Position numbers and translations under genes: made by a program. A model generated the notes under the pieces. It was not told where the DNA came from and did no database searches. It worked only from the letters and a program-made list of their open reading frames with translations. Shown piece by piece: positions 9,810 through 19,391 of a stretch of DNA of 64,000 nt (position 1 is the stretch's first letter; each line of letters begins with the position of its first letter). The DNA is from Thermoplasmata archaeon (lineage in GTDB: Archaea; Thermoplasmatota; Thermoplasmata; RBG-16-68-12), in NCBI GenBank assembly GCA_035636595.1, contig DASPYU010000009.1:31705-95704 (forward strand), read 5' to 3'.

Positions 9810-11480
9810 ATGGTCGCCGACATCGAGATAGCGCAGAGCGCGCCCATGCGGCCGATCACCGACGTGGCCCAGGGCCTCGGGCTCGCGCGCGGCGACCTGA
9901 TCCTGAAGAGCGATTACGTGGCGAAGGTCCGCCTCGCGGCGGTCGACCGGGTCCGCAAGGCCCGCCAGGGGAAGCTCGTCCTCGTGACGGGCACGACGCC
10001 CACCCGGTACGGGGAAGGCAAGACCCTCACGACCGTCGGACTCGGCCAGGCGCTCACCCGGCTCGGGACGAAGGCGGTCGTCGCGGTCCGCGAGCCCTCC
10101 CTCGGGCCCGTCTTCGGCACGAAGGGCGGGGCCACGGGCGGTGGCCAATCGCAGGTCCTCCCGATGGAGGAGATCAACCTCCACTTCACGGGGGACATCC
10201 ACGCGGTCGGGGCGGCGAACAACCTCATCGCGGCCGTCATGGACGCGCACATCTTCCACGGGAACGAACTCGATCTCGATCCGACGCGCGTTCTGTTGCC
10301 ACGATGCTTAGACATGAACGACCGCCAGTTGCGGAACATCGTCACGGGCCTCGGCGGCCCGAAGCACGGCGTGCCGCGGGAGGACGGCTTCATCATCACC
10401 GCGGCGAGCGAGGTCATGGCGATCCTCTGCCTGACGGAAGGCATCAAGGACCTGAAGGAGCGGCTCGAGCGGATCGTCGTGGCGTACGACCGGCGGGAGC
10501 ATCCCGTCCGCGCGGGCGACCTGACCGTCCACGGCGCCGCCGCGATCCTACTCAAAGACGCCCTCATGCCGAACCTCGTCCAGACCCTCGAAGGCACGCC
10601 CGCGTTCGTCCATGGCGGGCCGTTCGCGAACATCGCTCACGGGCACAGCACGGTCCTCGCGGACCGCTTGGCCCTCGGCGTTGGCGACGTCGTCGTCACG
10701 GAAGCAGGTTTCGGATCCGACCTCGGCGGGGAGAAATTCGTAGACCTCGTGTGTCGCCAGAGCGGCCTGCGACCCGACGCGGCGGTCCTCGTCGCGAGCG
10801 TTCGCGCGCTGAAGCACCACGGCGGCGTCAAGAAGAAGGACCTCGCCTCGGAGGACCTGAAGGCCCTCACCGTGGGGTTCGCGAACCTCGACGCGCACAT
10901 CCGGATCCTGCAGACCCTCGGCATGACGCCGGTCGTCGCCGTGAACCGCTTCGCGACGGACACGGACCGCGAGGTCGATGCGATCGTCGACCACAGCCAG
11001 GACCTCGGCGTCCGCGCGGCGGTCCACACGTGCCATCGCGATGGCGGGGCGGGCGGCGAGGCCCTCGCGCGGCTCGTGCTCGACGCGACGAAGGCGTCCC
11101 TGCATTCCGTCCGATTCGTCTACAAGGACGAGGACTCGCTCGAGGAGAAGGTGGCGAAGGTCGCCACGTCAATCTACGGCGCGGCCGGCGTGAAGTTCGA
11201 TGCGGCGGCGCTCGACGACCTCGAGCGCCTCGAGGCCGCCGGCATGCAAGGCCTCCCGATCTGCATCGCGAAGACCCAGCTCTCGCTCTCCGACGACGAA
11301 CGAGCGCTCGGAGCGCCGAGAGGCTGGACCCTGCAGGTCCGCGGCATCCGGCCGTCCGCCGGCGCGGGATTCCTCGTCTTCCTCGCGGGGGACATCATGC
11401 GCATGCCCGGCCTCGGCGAAGAGCCCGCGGCGCTCGCCATGGACATCGACGAGAGCGGACACATCAAGGGCCTCTTCTGA
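9810..11480 (+). CDS. fhs: Formate--tetrahydrofolate ligase (FTHFS)
   Basis: 556 aa with the FTHFS hallmarks TPTRYGEGKTLTTVGL, GPVFGTKGGATGGG and EEINLHFTGD, matching bacterial-type Fhs over its full length. Confidence 0.9.
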   Translation: MVADIEIAQSAPMRPITDVAQGLGLARGDLILKSDYVAKVRLAAVDRVRKARQGKLVLVTGTTPTRYGEGKTLTTVGLGQALTRLGTKAVVAVREPSLGPVFGTKGGATGGGQSQVLPMEEINLHFTGDIHAVGAANNLIAAVMDAHIFHGNELDLDPTRVLLPRCLDMNDRQLRNIVTGLGGPKHGVPREDGFIITAASEVMAILCLTEGIKDLKERLERIVVAYDRREHPVRAGDLTVHGAAAILLKDALMPNLVQTLEGTPAFVHGGPFANIAHGHSTVLADRLALGVGDVVVTEAGFGSDLGGEKFVDLVCRQSGLRPDAAVLVASVRALKHHGGVKKKDLASEDLKALTVGFANLDAHIRILQTLGMTPVVAVNRFATDTDREVDAIVDHSQDLGVRAAVHTCHRDGGAGGEALARLVLDATKASLHSVRFVYKDEDSLEEKVAKVATSIYGAAGVKFDAAALDDLERLEAAGMQGLPICIAKTQLSLSDDERALGAPRGWTLQVRGIRPSAGAGFLVFLAGDIMRMPGLGEEPAALAMDIDESGHIKGLF

Positions 11481-11521
11481 TCGAGCAAAGCGACATACGC
11501 GACCGCCGCGTTCGCCGCCCG

Positions 11522-12127
11522 ATGTCCCAGCCGACGACGTGGTGGGAGGGCCTCTACGCCACCTCGGACGTCTCGAGTCTCCCGTGGTACACGCCGAACC
11601 TCGATGCCGATTTCGCAGCGGCCCTCGCGAAACACCGCCTCGGGGGTGCGCGCGTCCTCGACCTGGGGACCGGTCCCGCGACCCACGCAATCGCCCTCGC
11701 GCGCAAGGGGTTCGAGGTGGTCGCGAGCGACATTTCTCCGAGCGCCATCCGGAAGGCAAAACGCGCCGCGAGCACGGCAGGAGTGCAGATCGAATTCCAT
11801 GTCGACGACATCTTGCGGTCGAGGCTCAAGCCGGGCCTTGTCGATGTGATTCTGGATCGCGGCGTGTTCCATGTCCTCCCTCCGGAGAAGCGGCCCTCGT
11901 ACGTGGACACCGTTCGGCGCATTCTGCGGCCGAAGGGATGGCTGTTCCTCAAGTGCTTCTCCAACAAACAATGCGGAACGTTCGGACCGTATCGAATCGC
12001 CGCTCGGGAACTCCGGGAATATTTCCGGGAGAAGTTCGAGATTGAGTCGATCGTCGACACGGTCTTCGAGGGAACGCTGAAACCGAATCCGAAGGCCCTC
12101 GTGGCGACGTTCCGTCGGAACGATTGA
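11522..12127 (+). CDS. Small class I SAM-dependent methyltransferase (TPMT/TehB-like)
   Basis: Real C-terminal 202 aa of composite track ORF 9698..12127. Has the SAM motif I VLDLGTGPATHAIALARKG. It is a paralogue of 44708..45298. Confidence 0.7.
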   Translation: MSQPTTWWEGLYATSDVSSLPWYTPNLDADFAAALAKHRLGGARVLDLGTGPATHAIALARKGFEVVASDISPSAIRKAKRAASTAGVQIEFHVDDILRSRLKPGLVDVILDRGVFHVLPPEKRPSYVDTVRRILRPKGWLFLKCFSNKQCGTFGPYRIAARELREYFREKFEIESIVDTVFEGTLKPNPKALVATFRRND

Positions 12128-12134
12128 AGGGATC

Positions 12135-12893
12135 TCAGAACCGAGAGCGGAATCGCTCCACAAGGTCCCGATTGCCAACGTAGGTGGGGACCGTCTGATC
12201 GATCGTCGTGGCGGCGACATCGAGGATCCGCTCGGTCCCCGTCGTCCCCGCCCCACCCGCGGCCCCGGCGATGAAGGCGATTGGGTTGGACTCGAAGTGG
12301 AGTCGGTACTTCCCGCTGGGCTTGTCGACTTGCGCGGGATATGCGAAGAAGCCGCCGTAGTGCAAGACCTGATTGAAGTCGGCGACGAAGGAGCCGCCGT
12401 AGCGGAGATTCAGCAGCTCCCGCTCGATCTCCCCGACGAACGCCTTGACCTCGGGAATCCATTTATCGCGGTGGCCACCCAGCCCGTAGAGCTTCCCTTT
12501 CTCCGGGAGCCGAAGACCCTCTTCGATCAACAGGAACTCTTCGGACCGGCCCGATTTGCGCGCGACGAACTCGTGGACGCCATCTGCGGTTGCGTAGACG
12601 AACGTCGTGGCAGGGCCGTAGATCATGTATCCCGCGGCGAACATCTCGGACCCGCGGGCCGGAAGCGTCTTCCCATCGAAGATCCCGAAGATCGTCCCGA
12701 ACGTGTTGTTGCTCTTGACGTTCGAGGAGCCGTCGAGCGGGTCCAGGACGATCGAGAATCGCCCGCCGCCCACGCGCTGGACTTCGCCCATCTCCTCGGA
12801 GGCGACGTGCGAGACGAGCTTCGAATCCCGAAAGGCACGCACGAAGAGATCGTTCATCCATACGTCGAGTTCGAGCTGCTGCTCTCCGTACAC
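12135..12893 (-). CDS. fbp: Fructose-1,6-bisphosphatase class 1, N-terminus uncertain
   Basis: DPLDGSSN metal-binding motif and FBPase class I similarity over the whole ORF. The track start is a GTG, and in-frame homology continues upstream of it (see findings). Confidence 0.8.
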   Translation of the reverse strand: MYGEQQLELDVWMNDLFVRAFRDSKLVSHVASEEMGEVQRVGGGRFSIVLDPLDGSSNVKSNNTFGTIFGIFDGKTLPARGSEMFAAGYMIYGPATTFVYATADGVHEFVARKSGRSEEFLLIEEGLRLPEKGKLYGLGGHRDKWIPEVKAFVGEIERELLNLRYGGSFVADFNQVLHYGGFFAYPAQVDKPSGKYRLHFESNPIAFIAGAAGGAGTTGTERILDVAATTIDQTVPTYVGNRDLVERFRSRF

Positions 12894-13041
12894 GTTGCGG
12901 GTCGCCGCGGGATCCCTTCGGACCGGCAGCTCGCGTCGAATCCGCGTCGCGAGGCCCGCGAACCGCGAGAACAGGCGGCCGAGATCGCGGTCCGCCTTGC
13001 CGGCGTGCTGCGCCAGCGTGACGCCGGCCTTCGGTCCGCCG

Positions 13042-14034
13042 CTAGTAGCCGACGTACCATCCCTCGAACTGATCCAGGAGTTTCTCCTTGCCGCCGTAGA
13101 AGTCCCACCACGGTCGTGCGTGGCGATGGGCGAGGTCCGCGAGGACCTGGAAATTCTTCACGCCCTGCGATCGCACGTACGCGAGCTGCGCCTCGAGGCC
13201 TTTCTCGCGGAAGGCGTCCTTCCAGATCGCGCGACCCGCGAGGAAGCCGGACGCGCCGCCCTGGCAGGCGAGTTCCACGAGGTTCCGGAAGACCCCGAAT
13301 TCCGCTCCCGCGCTTAGGACGACCCAAGGGACTTTCGTCGCGCGGCTGAGTCGCTCGCAGTTCTTCCGGAGTTCCTCCGGGTTCGACGTCGCCTTCGGGT
13401 CCCCCGGGAATTCGGCTTTCAGGACATCGAGCCCCAGAGGAGACAGGGCTTCCGCAGTGCGGATGACGAGGTCGGCCTTGTGCTGCGCGAACGCCTCCTC
13501 GCCCTCATCCACGGGATAGGACATCGGCTCGCACACGAACGCGAGATCGAGACGCCGGCATTCGTCGGCCACGGACCGGACGACCTTCACCTGATGATCG
13601 ACGACCTCTCGAGGCGCGTCGGGATTGAAGAAGATCAGGAGCTTCGCGGCGCTGGCACCGAGCCGCTTCACCTTCTCGACATTCCAGCCGTCAAGGAGCT
13701 TCGTGAGCCGCCAGTTCCCCTTCTTCTCATAGCCCGAGGTCTCGAGAGACACCAGAAGTCCCGTCCTGCCCGGGAGCGCGAAGCGGTTGACTGACGGGCC
13801 AACGCCGAACTCTGGATCGAGGAGATAGCCGCTGGCGAATGGCGCGAGGGCTTGCGTGACGCCGAGTTTCACGGCCTCCATCTCCGCATACGTAGAGGCC
13901 TTCGGGTTCTCCGGGTGGAGCATCTTCTGCAGGCTCCCCCGCTGGTCCATCGCGATCATCGTGAAGCGGCCCGTGTCGTCCGAAATCTGCTGGAGGCCGC
14001 GGAGCTTGCCGACGGAAATCCGCACTGGAACCAC
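13042..14034 (-). CDS. Class I aldolase of the LacD (tagatose-1,6-bisphosphate aldolase) family, probably acting as FBP aldolase
   Basis: Matches LacD blocks: AMDQRGSLQKML (AFDQRGALKRMM in LacD), LLDPEFG, VLKAEFP, VLSAGAEF, GFLAGRAIW. It sits directly upstream of fbp on the same strand. Confidence 0.75.
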   Translation of the reverse strand: MVPVRISVGKLRGLQQISDDTGRFTMIAMDQRGSLQKMLHPENPKASTYAEMEAVKLGVTQALAPFASGYLLDPEFGVGPSVNRFALPGRTGLLVSLETSGYEKKGNWRLTKLLDGWNVEKVKRLGASAAKLLIFFNPDAPREVVDHQVKVVRSVADECRRLDLAFVCEPMSYPVDEGEEAFAQHKADLVIRTAEALSPLGLDVLKAEFPGDPKATSNPEELRKNCERLSRATKVPWVVLSAGAEFGVFRNLVELACQGGASGFLAGRAIWKDAFREKGLEAQLAYVRSQGVKNFQVLADLAHRHARPWWDFYGGKEKLLDQFEGWYVGY

Positions 14035-14328
14035 CCCGACGGTTCGCGAAAAGGGCGGCGCGGTATTGACCTTTGTGGCCGCGAAAAAACGCGGAATGGA
14101 CGCTCTCCGACCGTGGATTTTCTCTCGATTGAAACAATCGACCGCGTCACGAACTCCGAACGCGTTAGTGGCAAGATGGGACCGTGGACGAGCGTGATGT
14201 GGCTCTTGTGGTCCTCTCCAATCGACCTTTGATTCAGCGCACGATGGCGATACGTTCGGCGGAAGCGAGGTAATCGACCAAGGAGGTAACTATATCAGCG
14301 GACCCGCAGCTCTTGCTCTGAGGGTTAC

Positions 14329-16524
14329 TTGTCCCACGGCATCCAGGCCGCGATTCTTCTTGTTGCCCTCGCTGTCGTCGTTCACCTGTCCGTGCCGACT
14401 GCGGACGCCTGGGCGCGCCCGAAACTCAGTTCTGACTCCTGGCTTCCCCCTGAGTCGTCACCGCTCCCCAAGGTTGCGCTAGAAGACCGCCCTCGTTTCT
14501 CGAATCCGCTCGGGAAGGTAGGTCTTGTGGTCGACCCAAATCGACCTAGAGCGTACGTCACAGGCTACGACTCCGTCATCGTCTATTCGACGCTTACGTC
14601 CGAGATCGAAGCACAGATTCCCGTGCGCGCGAACCCCGTGGCTCTCGCGATAAATCCCGCGGCGACGACCCTCTATGTGGGACACGCCGGGAACCGGTCC
14701 ATTCTGGCGATCAACCTCTCGACCTTGTCCGTCACACGCGTCCTCCCAACGGCATTCCTGGTTTGGGATCTTGTCGCCCCCACCAACGAAACCCTCGTCG
14801 CAACAGCCCATGAGGAAAATTGGGTCGACCAACAGCCGTACATCCTCAACTCGACTGACGGAACGGTGCTCGGGCGTCTTTGCGACCCCTCATGGTGCAT
14901 CGTATTTGAAAACAGCTTGGCGACCGTCAGTGCCGACCGCAATTGGCTTTTCCTCGTCGAACCCGCACAGCCCAACTACTTCAGTCGGTTCAGCAAAGGA
15001 CCGGAGCCCTGGAACTGGACCTTTGTCTCCAAGAAAGGCGACCATGGTGTGACGGGCACGAATGCGCAGGATGCCGTCGTTTCCCCTGATACCCAGTATC
15101 TCTACGTCGCGACCAACGGGGACGGGCTCCTTCAGTTCGATGCGACGAATTTCACAATCACGCGGAGGTACGGCACGGCTACAGACTTCTCTGCTGTGGC
15201 TTTATCTCCTTCCGGGAATCAGGTCCTGGGGTGTGCATTCGATGCCGCCCTCCACGTGTTCGATTCGAACGGCCAACCCTTGGTCGACTATCCGCTGCCA
15301 TGGCCGGTTGCGATCGCTCGCCCCTTGCCGGGGGGATATCGATACGCGGCGAGCGCAGGATCCGTCCTCATCATCGTCGGCGGAACGACGCTTACGCCGA
15401 CAAACCCCTACCCGATCTTCGCGGATTCCCGCCCCACGCTGGAGGCTACACTCGCTACGAACCTTAGCGTGGCCGATCTAAGTTTCGAGATGGACCTGGA
15501 TGGAGCTCCAATTGCAGCAACTCTGGACGAAAGCCAGATGATGCTTCGAGGCGTCCCGAATGGTCCGCTCCCGGACGGCAACTACTCCGTCGTGGCAGTC
15601 GCCTCTCGGCAAGGAACCGTAGTGGCGTCCGCAAGCTGGACCTTCGCCGTCGACACGACTCCACCACGCATCGCCTTCGAGCCGCTCCCCGCTGTGGTTC
15701 ACGATTCAGCCATCACCGTACGCGGGACCGTTGAGGATGCGCACCTCTGGAACGTGACCGTGGCGGGCCAGCCGGTGGCGTTCACCTACTGGATGGGCAC
15801 CGTAGCTCAGTTTCAGGCGGTTGTCGGACTCTGGCCCGGAAACAACTCAATCCCCATGATCGCCTCTGATGTCGCGGGGAATCGAGCTTCGATCAACATT
15901 GCGATCGCCTTCGAGCCGCTCTTCGAGTCCTTCTCGGCCGACCTCGGCCACTTCCGCATTCTTGCTCCCATAGGATGGCAGACAAAGGAAGCCGGAGAGC
16001 CGCGCGAAGGCGGTGCCTCACTCCTCATGCCCGGAGGCACGCGCGATGGCACGGCGAACGTTCTCATTTCCTGGCAATCGGCGGTGCTGTGGGGCACTTA
16101 CTCAGAAGCTCGGTCCCTTCTCGAACAGGATTTGCGGGCTCGATCCCTGGACAACTCACCGTATGGGCATTCGATCGTCGAGACGAGCTACGACGGGCAT
16201 CCCGCTGCGCTGGCGACGTTTTCGTTTCCTCCGTCGCCGTATGCGGGCTACCTCGCCCTCGCAGTAGTTGTTGATGGCGACTGGGGTCTGTATTGGAGTC
16301 TGCAGGGGAGCGCGGTCGGGAACGCGACATCCTACGGAACGGTAGTGAGCGAATCAATGGCATCGATTGACATTCTTCAAGCGCCTCCGCCCTCGCTGTA
16401 TTATCGGTTCGCCCAAGCGCATGACGTACTGCTAGCCATCGGGCTCGCCGCAACGGCCCTGGAAGGAACAGTCATGCTGTCGTTGGTTCTCCGACAGAGG
16501 CGGCAGGCGCGGAAGGCTGCGTGA
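14329..16524 (+). CDS. Large cell-surface protein with YVTN-type beta-propeller and Ig-like domains, C-terminally membrane-anchored
   Basis: 731 aa: signal peptide, repeated YVTG../LYVG.. propeller-like blades, C-terminal TM LLAIGLAATALEGTVMLSLVL followed by RQRRQARK. Confidence 0.55.
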   Translation: MSHGIQAAILLVALAVVVHLSVPTADAWARPKLSSDSWLPPESSPLPKVALEDRPRFSNPLGKVGLVVDPNRPRAYVTGYDSVIVYSTLTSEIEAQIPVRANPVALAINPAATTLYVGHAGNRSILAINLSTLSVTRVLPTAFLVWDLVAPTNETLVATAHEENWVDQQPYILNSTDGTVLGRLCDPSWCIVFENSLATVSADRNWLFLVEPAQPNYFSRFSKGPEPWNWTFVSKKGDHGVTGTNAQDAVVSPDTQYLYVATNGDGLLQFDATNFTITRRYGTATDFSAVALSPSGNQVLGCAFDAALHVFDSNGQPLVDYPLPWPVAIARPLPGGYRYAASAGSVLIIVGGTTLTPTNPYPIFADSRPTLEATLATNLSVADLSFEMDLDGAPIAATLDESQMMLRGVPNGPLPDGNYSVVAVASRQGTVVASASWTFAVDTTPPRIAFEPLPAVVHDSAITVRGTVEDAHLWNVTVAGQPVAFTYWMGTVAQFQAVVGLWPGNNSIPMIASDVAGNRASINIAIAFEPLFESFSADLGHFRILAPIGWQTKEAGEPREGGASLLMPGGTRDGTANVLISWQSAVLWGTYSEARSLLEQDLRARSLDNSPYGHSIVETSYDGHPAALATFSFPPSPYAGYLALAVVVDGDWGLYWSLQGSAVGNATSYGTVVSESMASIDILQAPPPSLYYRFAQAHDVLLAIGLAATALEGTVMLSLVLRQRRQARKAA

Positions 16525-16596
16525 CTCGTCCCCACGGATAACTCGCTGCCTTCATCGGCAGAGTCTATTTCATCGGGGAGCGCGCTCTCCCTCTCG

Positions 16597-17268
16597 GTGC
16601 GGCTCCCAGCCATCGTACTGAACTTCAAAACGTATCCCGAGATCCTGGGCAAGAAGGGCTGGGAGCTCGCGAAGCGTTTTGCGGCCGTCGAAGACGACAC
16701 AGGTGCGTCGATCGTCCTTGCCCCACCGATGTCCGATCTCGCCCACATTGCGAAGCTCGTGCACATCCCCGTCATCGGCCAACACGTGGATGCCCTCGAG
16801 CCGGGCCAGACGACCGGATGGACGCCGCCCGAGGCGCTCCTCGAGGCGGGCGCTGCGGGGACGCTCATCAATCACAGCGAGCGCAAGGTCGCCTGGGAGG
16901 AGATGGCGAAGGTCATCCCCCGATGCCGGCAACTCGGACTCGAAGTGATCGCGTGCGCGGACGAGCCGGCGGAGGCGGAGACCCTCGCGAAGCTCTCGCC
17001 CGAGTATATCGCGATCGAGCCTCCGGAGCTAATTGGCGGCGACGTGAGCGTAACGACCGCGCGACCCGAGGTCGTCTCCGGGGCGGTCGATCGGATCCTT
17101 GCGGTGAACCCGCGTGTCCGAGTCCTGTGCGGTGCCGGCGTCAAGACAAGGAAGGATGTCGCGAAGGCCCTCGAGCTCGGCACCTCCGGTGTCCTCGTCG
17201 CGTCGGGCGTCGTGAAGGCGAAGGATCCGGAGAAGGCGTTGCGCGATCTGGTGAAAGGGCTGCGCTGA
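16597..17268 (+). CDS. tpiA: Triosephosphate isomerase, archaeal type
   Basis: 223 aa with VLNFKTY, GQHVD and INHSERK motifs characteristic of archaeal TIM. Confidence 0.9.
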   Translation: MRLPAIVLNFKTYPEILGKKGWELAKRFAAVEDDTGASIVLAPPMSDLAHIAKLVHIPVIGQHVDALEPGQTTGWTPPEALLEAGAAGTLINHSERKVAWEEMAKVIPRCRQLGLEVIACADEPAEAETLAKLSPEYIAIEPPELIGGDVSVTTARPEVVSGAVDRILAVNPRVRVLCGAGVKTRKDVAKALELGTSGVLVASGVVKAKDPEKALRDLVKGLR

Positions 17269-17333
17269 CGGACGCGCGGTTGTAGCGTGCCTGTACGCAA
17301 GCCGCTTATGCCGCCCCGCGGCCGTCGACGTGC

Positions 17334-19391
17334 GTGCGCGACCCGGGACCGGCGCTCGCGACGTTCGTCGTGGCGCTCGTCCTGGCGTCGTCCTCCCCCT
17401 GGGCGGGTGGCGGTGTCGAGACCCTTGGCACTCCCCCTCCTCGGACCGCACCCGCTCTTTTTCCACGGGGGGATGGCGGAGCGAGCCTCCTTCTGACACG
17501 CGTCTACGCGAACTCCGCGCGAGACGACGAGTTCGTCGAAATCGCGAATCTCGGGTCGGAGTCCCGCGACCTCGTGGGATGGTCGCTAACGGATGGCGAG
17601 GCGACCGCTACGTTCCCGCTCGATTCGATCATCCCGGCGGCCGGTCGGCTCTTGGTGGTACGGAACTCGACGAGCTACGCCGAGGACACGCTCGCGATCG
17701 CGGATTTCACGTGGGAGAGCGGCCTCGTTCGTCGGATGGAGGGTGGCATCCTCCGGCTCGCCGACGCGGGCGACGAGGTCCGCCTGCTCGATCAGACCCG
17801 CACCACCGTCGACGCGTACGTGTGGGGGAACTCGGACGACAACGGTCCTGGATGGACCGGCCCTCCCGCGGTAGCCATGGGGCGCGGCGAGATCGCCGTG
17901 CGCACATCGGACGGACTCGGAGGTTGGACCGATACGGATGCCGCCGAGGACTGGGCCGGGGTGCGACATCACCGCCTAGGACAATCGAGTTTCGGACTGT
18001 CCACGTTCGAGATTCGTGGTCGAATCACTCCGGTCCTGTCCCCGGACGCGGGCGATGTGCCGCTGCTTTCGTTCCTCGCCTCCGCGACGCGCTCCCTTGA
18101 TCTCGGCGTCTACACCTTGACAAGTGAGCGGATCGGCGCGGCGCTGGCAAATCTCGCGGAGCGCGGCGTCCACGTTCGAGTCCTCGTGGACGGAGCGCCC
18201 GTCGGCGGCGTCGAGGACGAAGAGAAACGGATCCTCAGCGGACTCGTTCGTGCCGGCGCGGAGGTGAGATGGCTTGCGGGAGGGACGGATGTCGTCAAGA
18301 GATACCGCTACCTGCACGCGAAGTACGCGGTCGCGGACGGCCGCGCGGCCTGGATCGGGTCCGAGAATTTCGGGGCTGCCGGGTTCCCCTCCGGCAATGG
18401 GGATGGCAATCGCGGATGGTCCGCCATCATCGATGACTCCGAGATTGCGCGCGCCCTCGCGGCCGTGTTCGATGCGGACTTCGACTCCCGTCGCCGCGAC
18501 TCGATCCCCGTGCCGCTCACCTCGTTGGACCCGCTTCCGCCACCGCCCGTCGTTTCCCCATGGAGTCCGTCTCTCGATGGGACCGTCCGACCCGCACGCC
18601 TGCTCATCGCCCCCGACAACGCGCTCGATCCCGGTGGCCTCTTGGACGCCATGGCGTCCGCGCAGGACCGCATGTGGATCGAGGCGTTCTACGTCGACGA
18701 GGCGTGGCGAGACGCACCGAACGCGTTGGTCGAGGCGGCGTTCGCGGCGGCGCGCCGCGGCGTCTCCGTGCGGATCGTACTCGATGGGAGCTGGTGGTCG
18801 GTCGGGGAAGGTTCCTCCGGGAATGATCGGATCGTCGAACGCCTCAACGGCCGAGCGCGGAACGAGAGCCTGGACTTGGAGGCTCGGCTTCTGGAACCGC
18901 GAGGCCGCATCGAGCGGCTCCACAACAAGGGCCTCGTCATCGACGGACGCACCGTCCTCGTCTCGAGCATGAACTGGGCCCTCGGGTCCGCCACGGAGAA
19001 TCGGGAGATCGGGATCCTCGTCGAGGACCCGGATCTTGCGGCGTTCTTCGAGGCCGCGTTCGCCGCGGACTGGGACGGACGCCCCACGTCCGGGGTCGAC
19101 GCGTGGCGGCTCGAGGATCCCGCGGTCCTCCTCGGACTGTACGCGTTCGTCGCGGCCGCGTCCGCGATTTCGCTGCGGAAACTGAGAGTCGGGTCCAAAG
19201 GCATAAAGCCCCGCGAGAGGCTGCGAACGCGTGCCTCCCTCGGAGCTCATCTCCGCCGCGGACCTGGAGAAGTTCGGGTACTGCCCGCTGAGCTGGTGGC
19301 TCAGCCGCGGGCTCGCGCCGGAGGAAGGCGCCGAGCTCGCGGAGGGCGAGAAGAAGCACGAGGCCGCCTCCGCGGACCTGAAGGGGATTGA
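17334..19391 (+). CDS. Secreted PLD-superfamily protein: N-terminal lamin-tail domain plus two HKD motifs, C-terminal TM anchor
   Basis: Signal peptide, an LTD-like segment (DEFVEIANLGSESRDLVGWSLTDGE), HKD motif 1 (YLHAKYAVADGRAAWIGSENF), HKD motif 2 (RLHNKGLVIDGRTVLVSSMNW), then TM LLGLYAFVAAASAISL. The ORF runs on 160 nt into the next gene in another frame. Confidence 0.7.
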   Translation: MRDPGPALATFVVALVLASSSPWAGGGVETLGTPPPRTAPALFPRGDGGASLLLTRVYANSARDDEFVEIANLGSESRDLVGWSLTDGEATATFPLDSIIPAAGRLLVVRNSTSYAEDTLAIADFTWESGLVRRMEGGILRLADAGDEVRLLDQTRTTVDAYVWGNSDDNGPGWTGPPAVAMGRGEIAVRTSDGLGGWTDTDAAEDWAGVRHHRLGQSSFGLSTFEIRGRITPVLSPDAGDVPLLSFLASATRSLDLGVYTLTSERIGAALANLAERGVHVRVLVDGAPVGGVEDEEKRILSGLVRAGAEVRWLAGGTDVVKRYRYLHAKYAVADGRAAWIGSENFGAAGFPSGNGDGNRGWSAIIDDSEIARALAAVFDADFDSRRRDSIPVPLTSLDPLPPPPVVSPWSPSLDGTVRPARLLIAPDNALDPGGLLDAMASAQDRMWIEAFYVDEAWRDAPNALVEAAFAAARRGVSVRIVLDGSWWSVGEGSSGNDRIVERLNGRARNESLDLEARLLEPRGRIERLHNKGLVIDGRTVLVSSMNWALGSATENREIGILVEDPDLAAFFEAAFAADWDGRPTSGVDAWRLEDPAVLLGLYAFVAAASAISLRKLRVGSKGIKPRERLRTRASLGAHLRRGPGEVRVLPAELVAQPRARAGGRRRARGGREEARGRLRGPEGD

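Noticed and set aside
9698-11521. N-terminal 600 aa of the 809-aa track ORF 9698..12127
   Set aside because: It overlaps fhs in another frame with an R/G/P/H-rich composition. Only the C-terminal 202 aa (the methyltransferase from 11522) look like a real protein.
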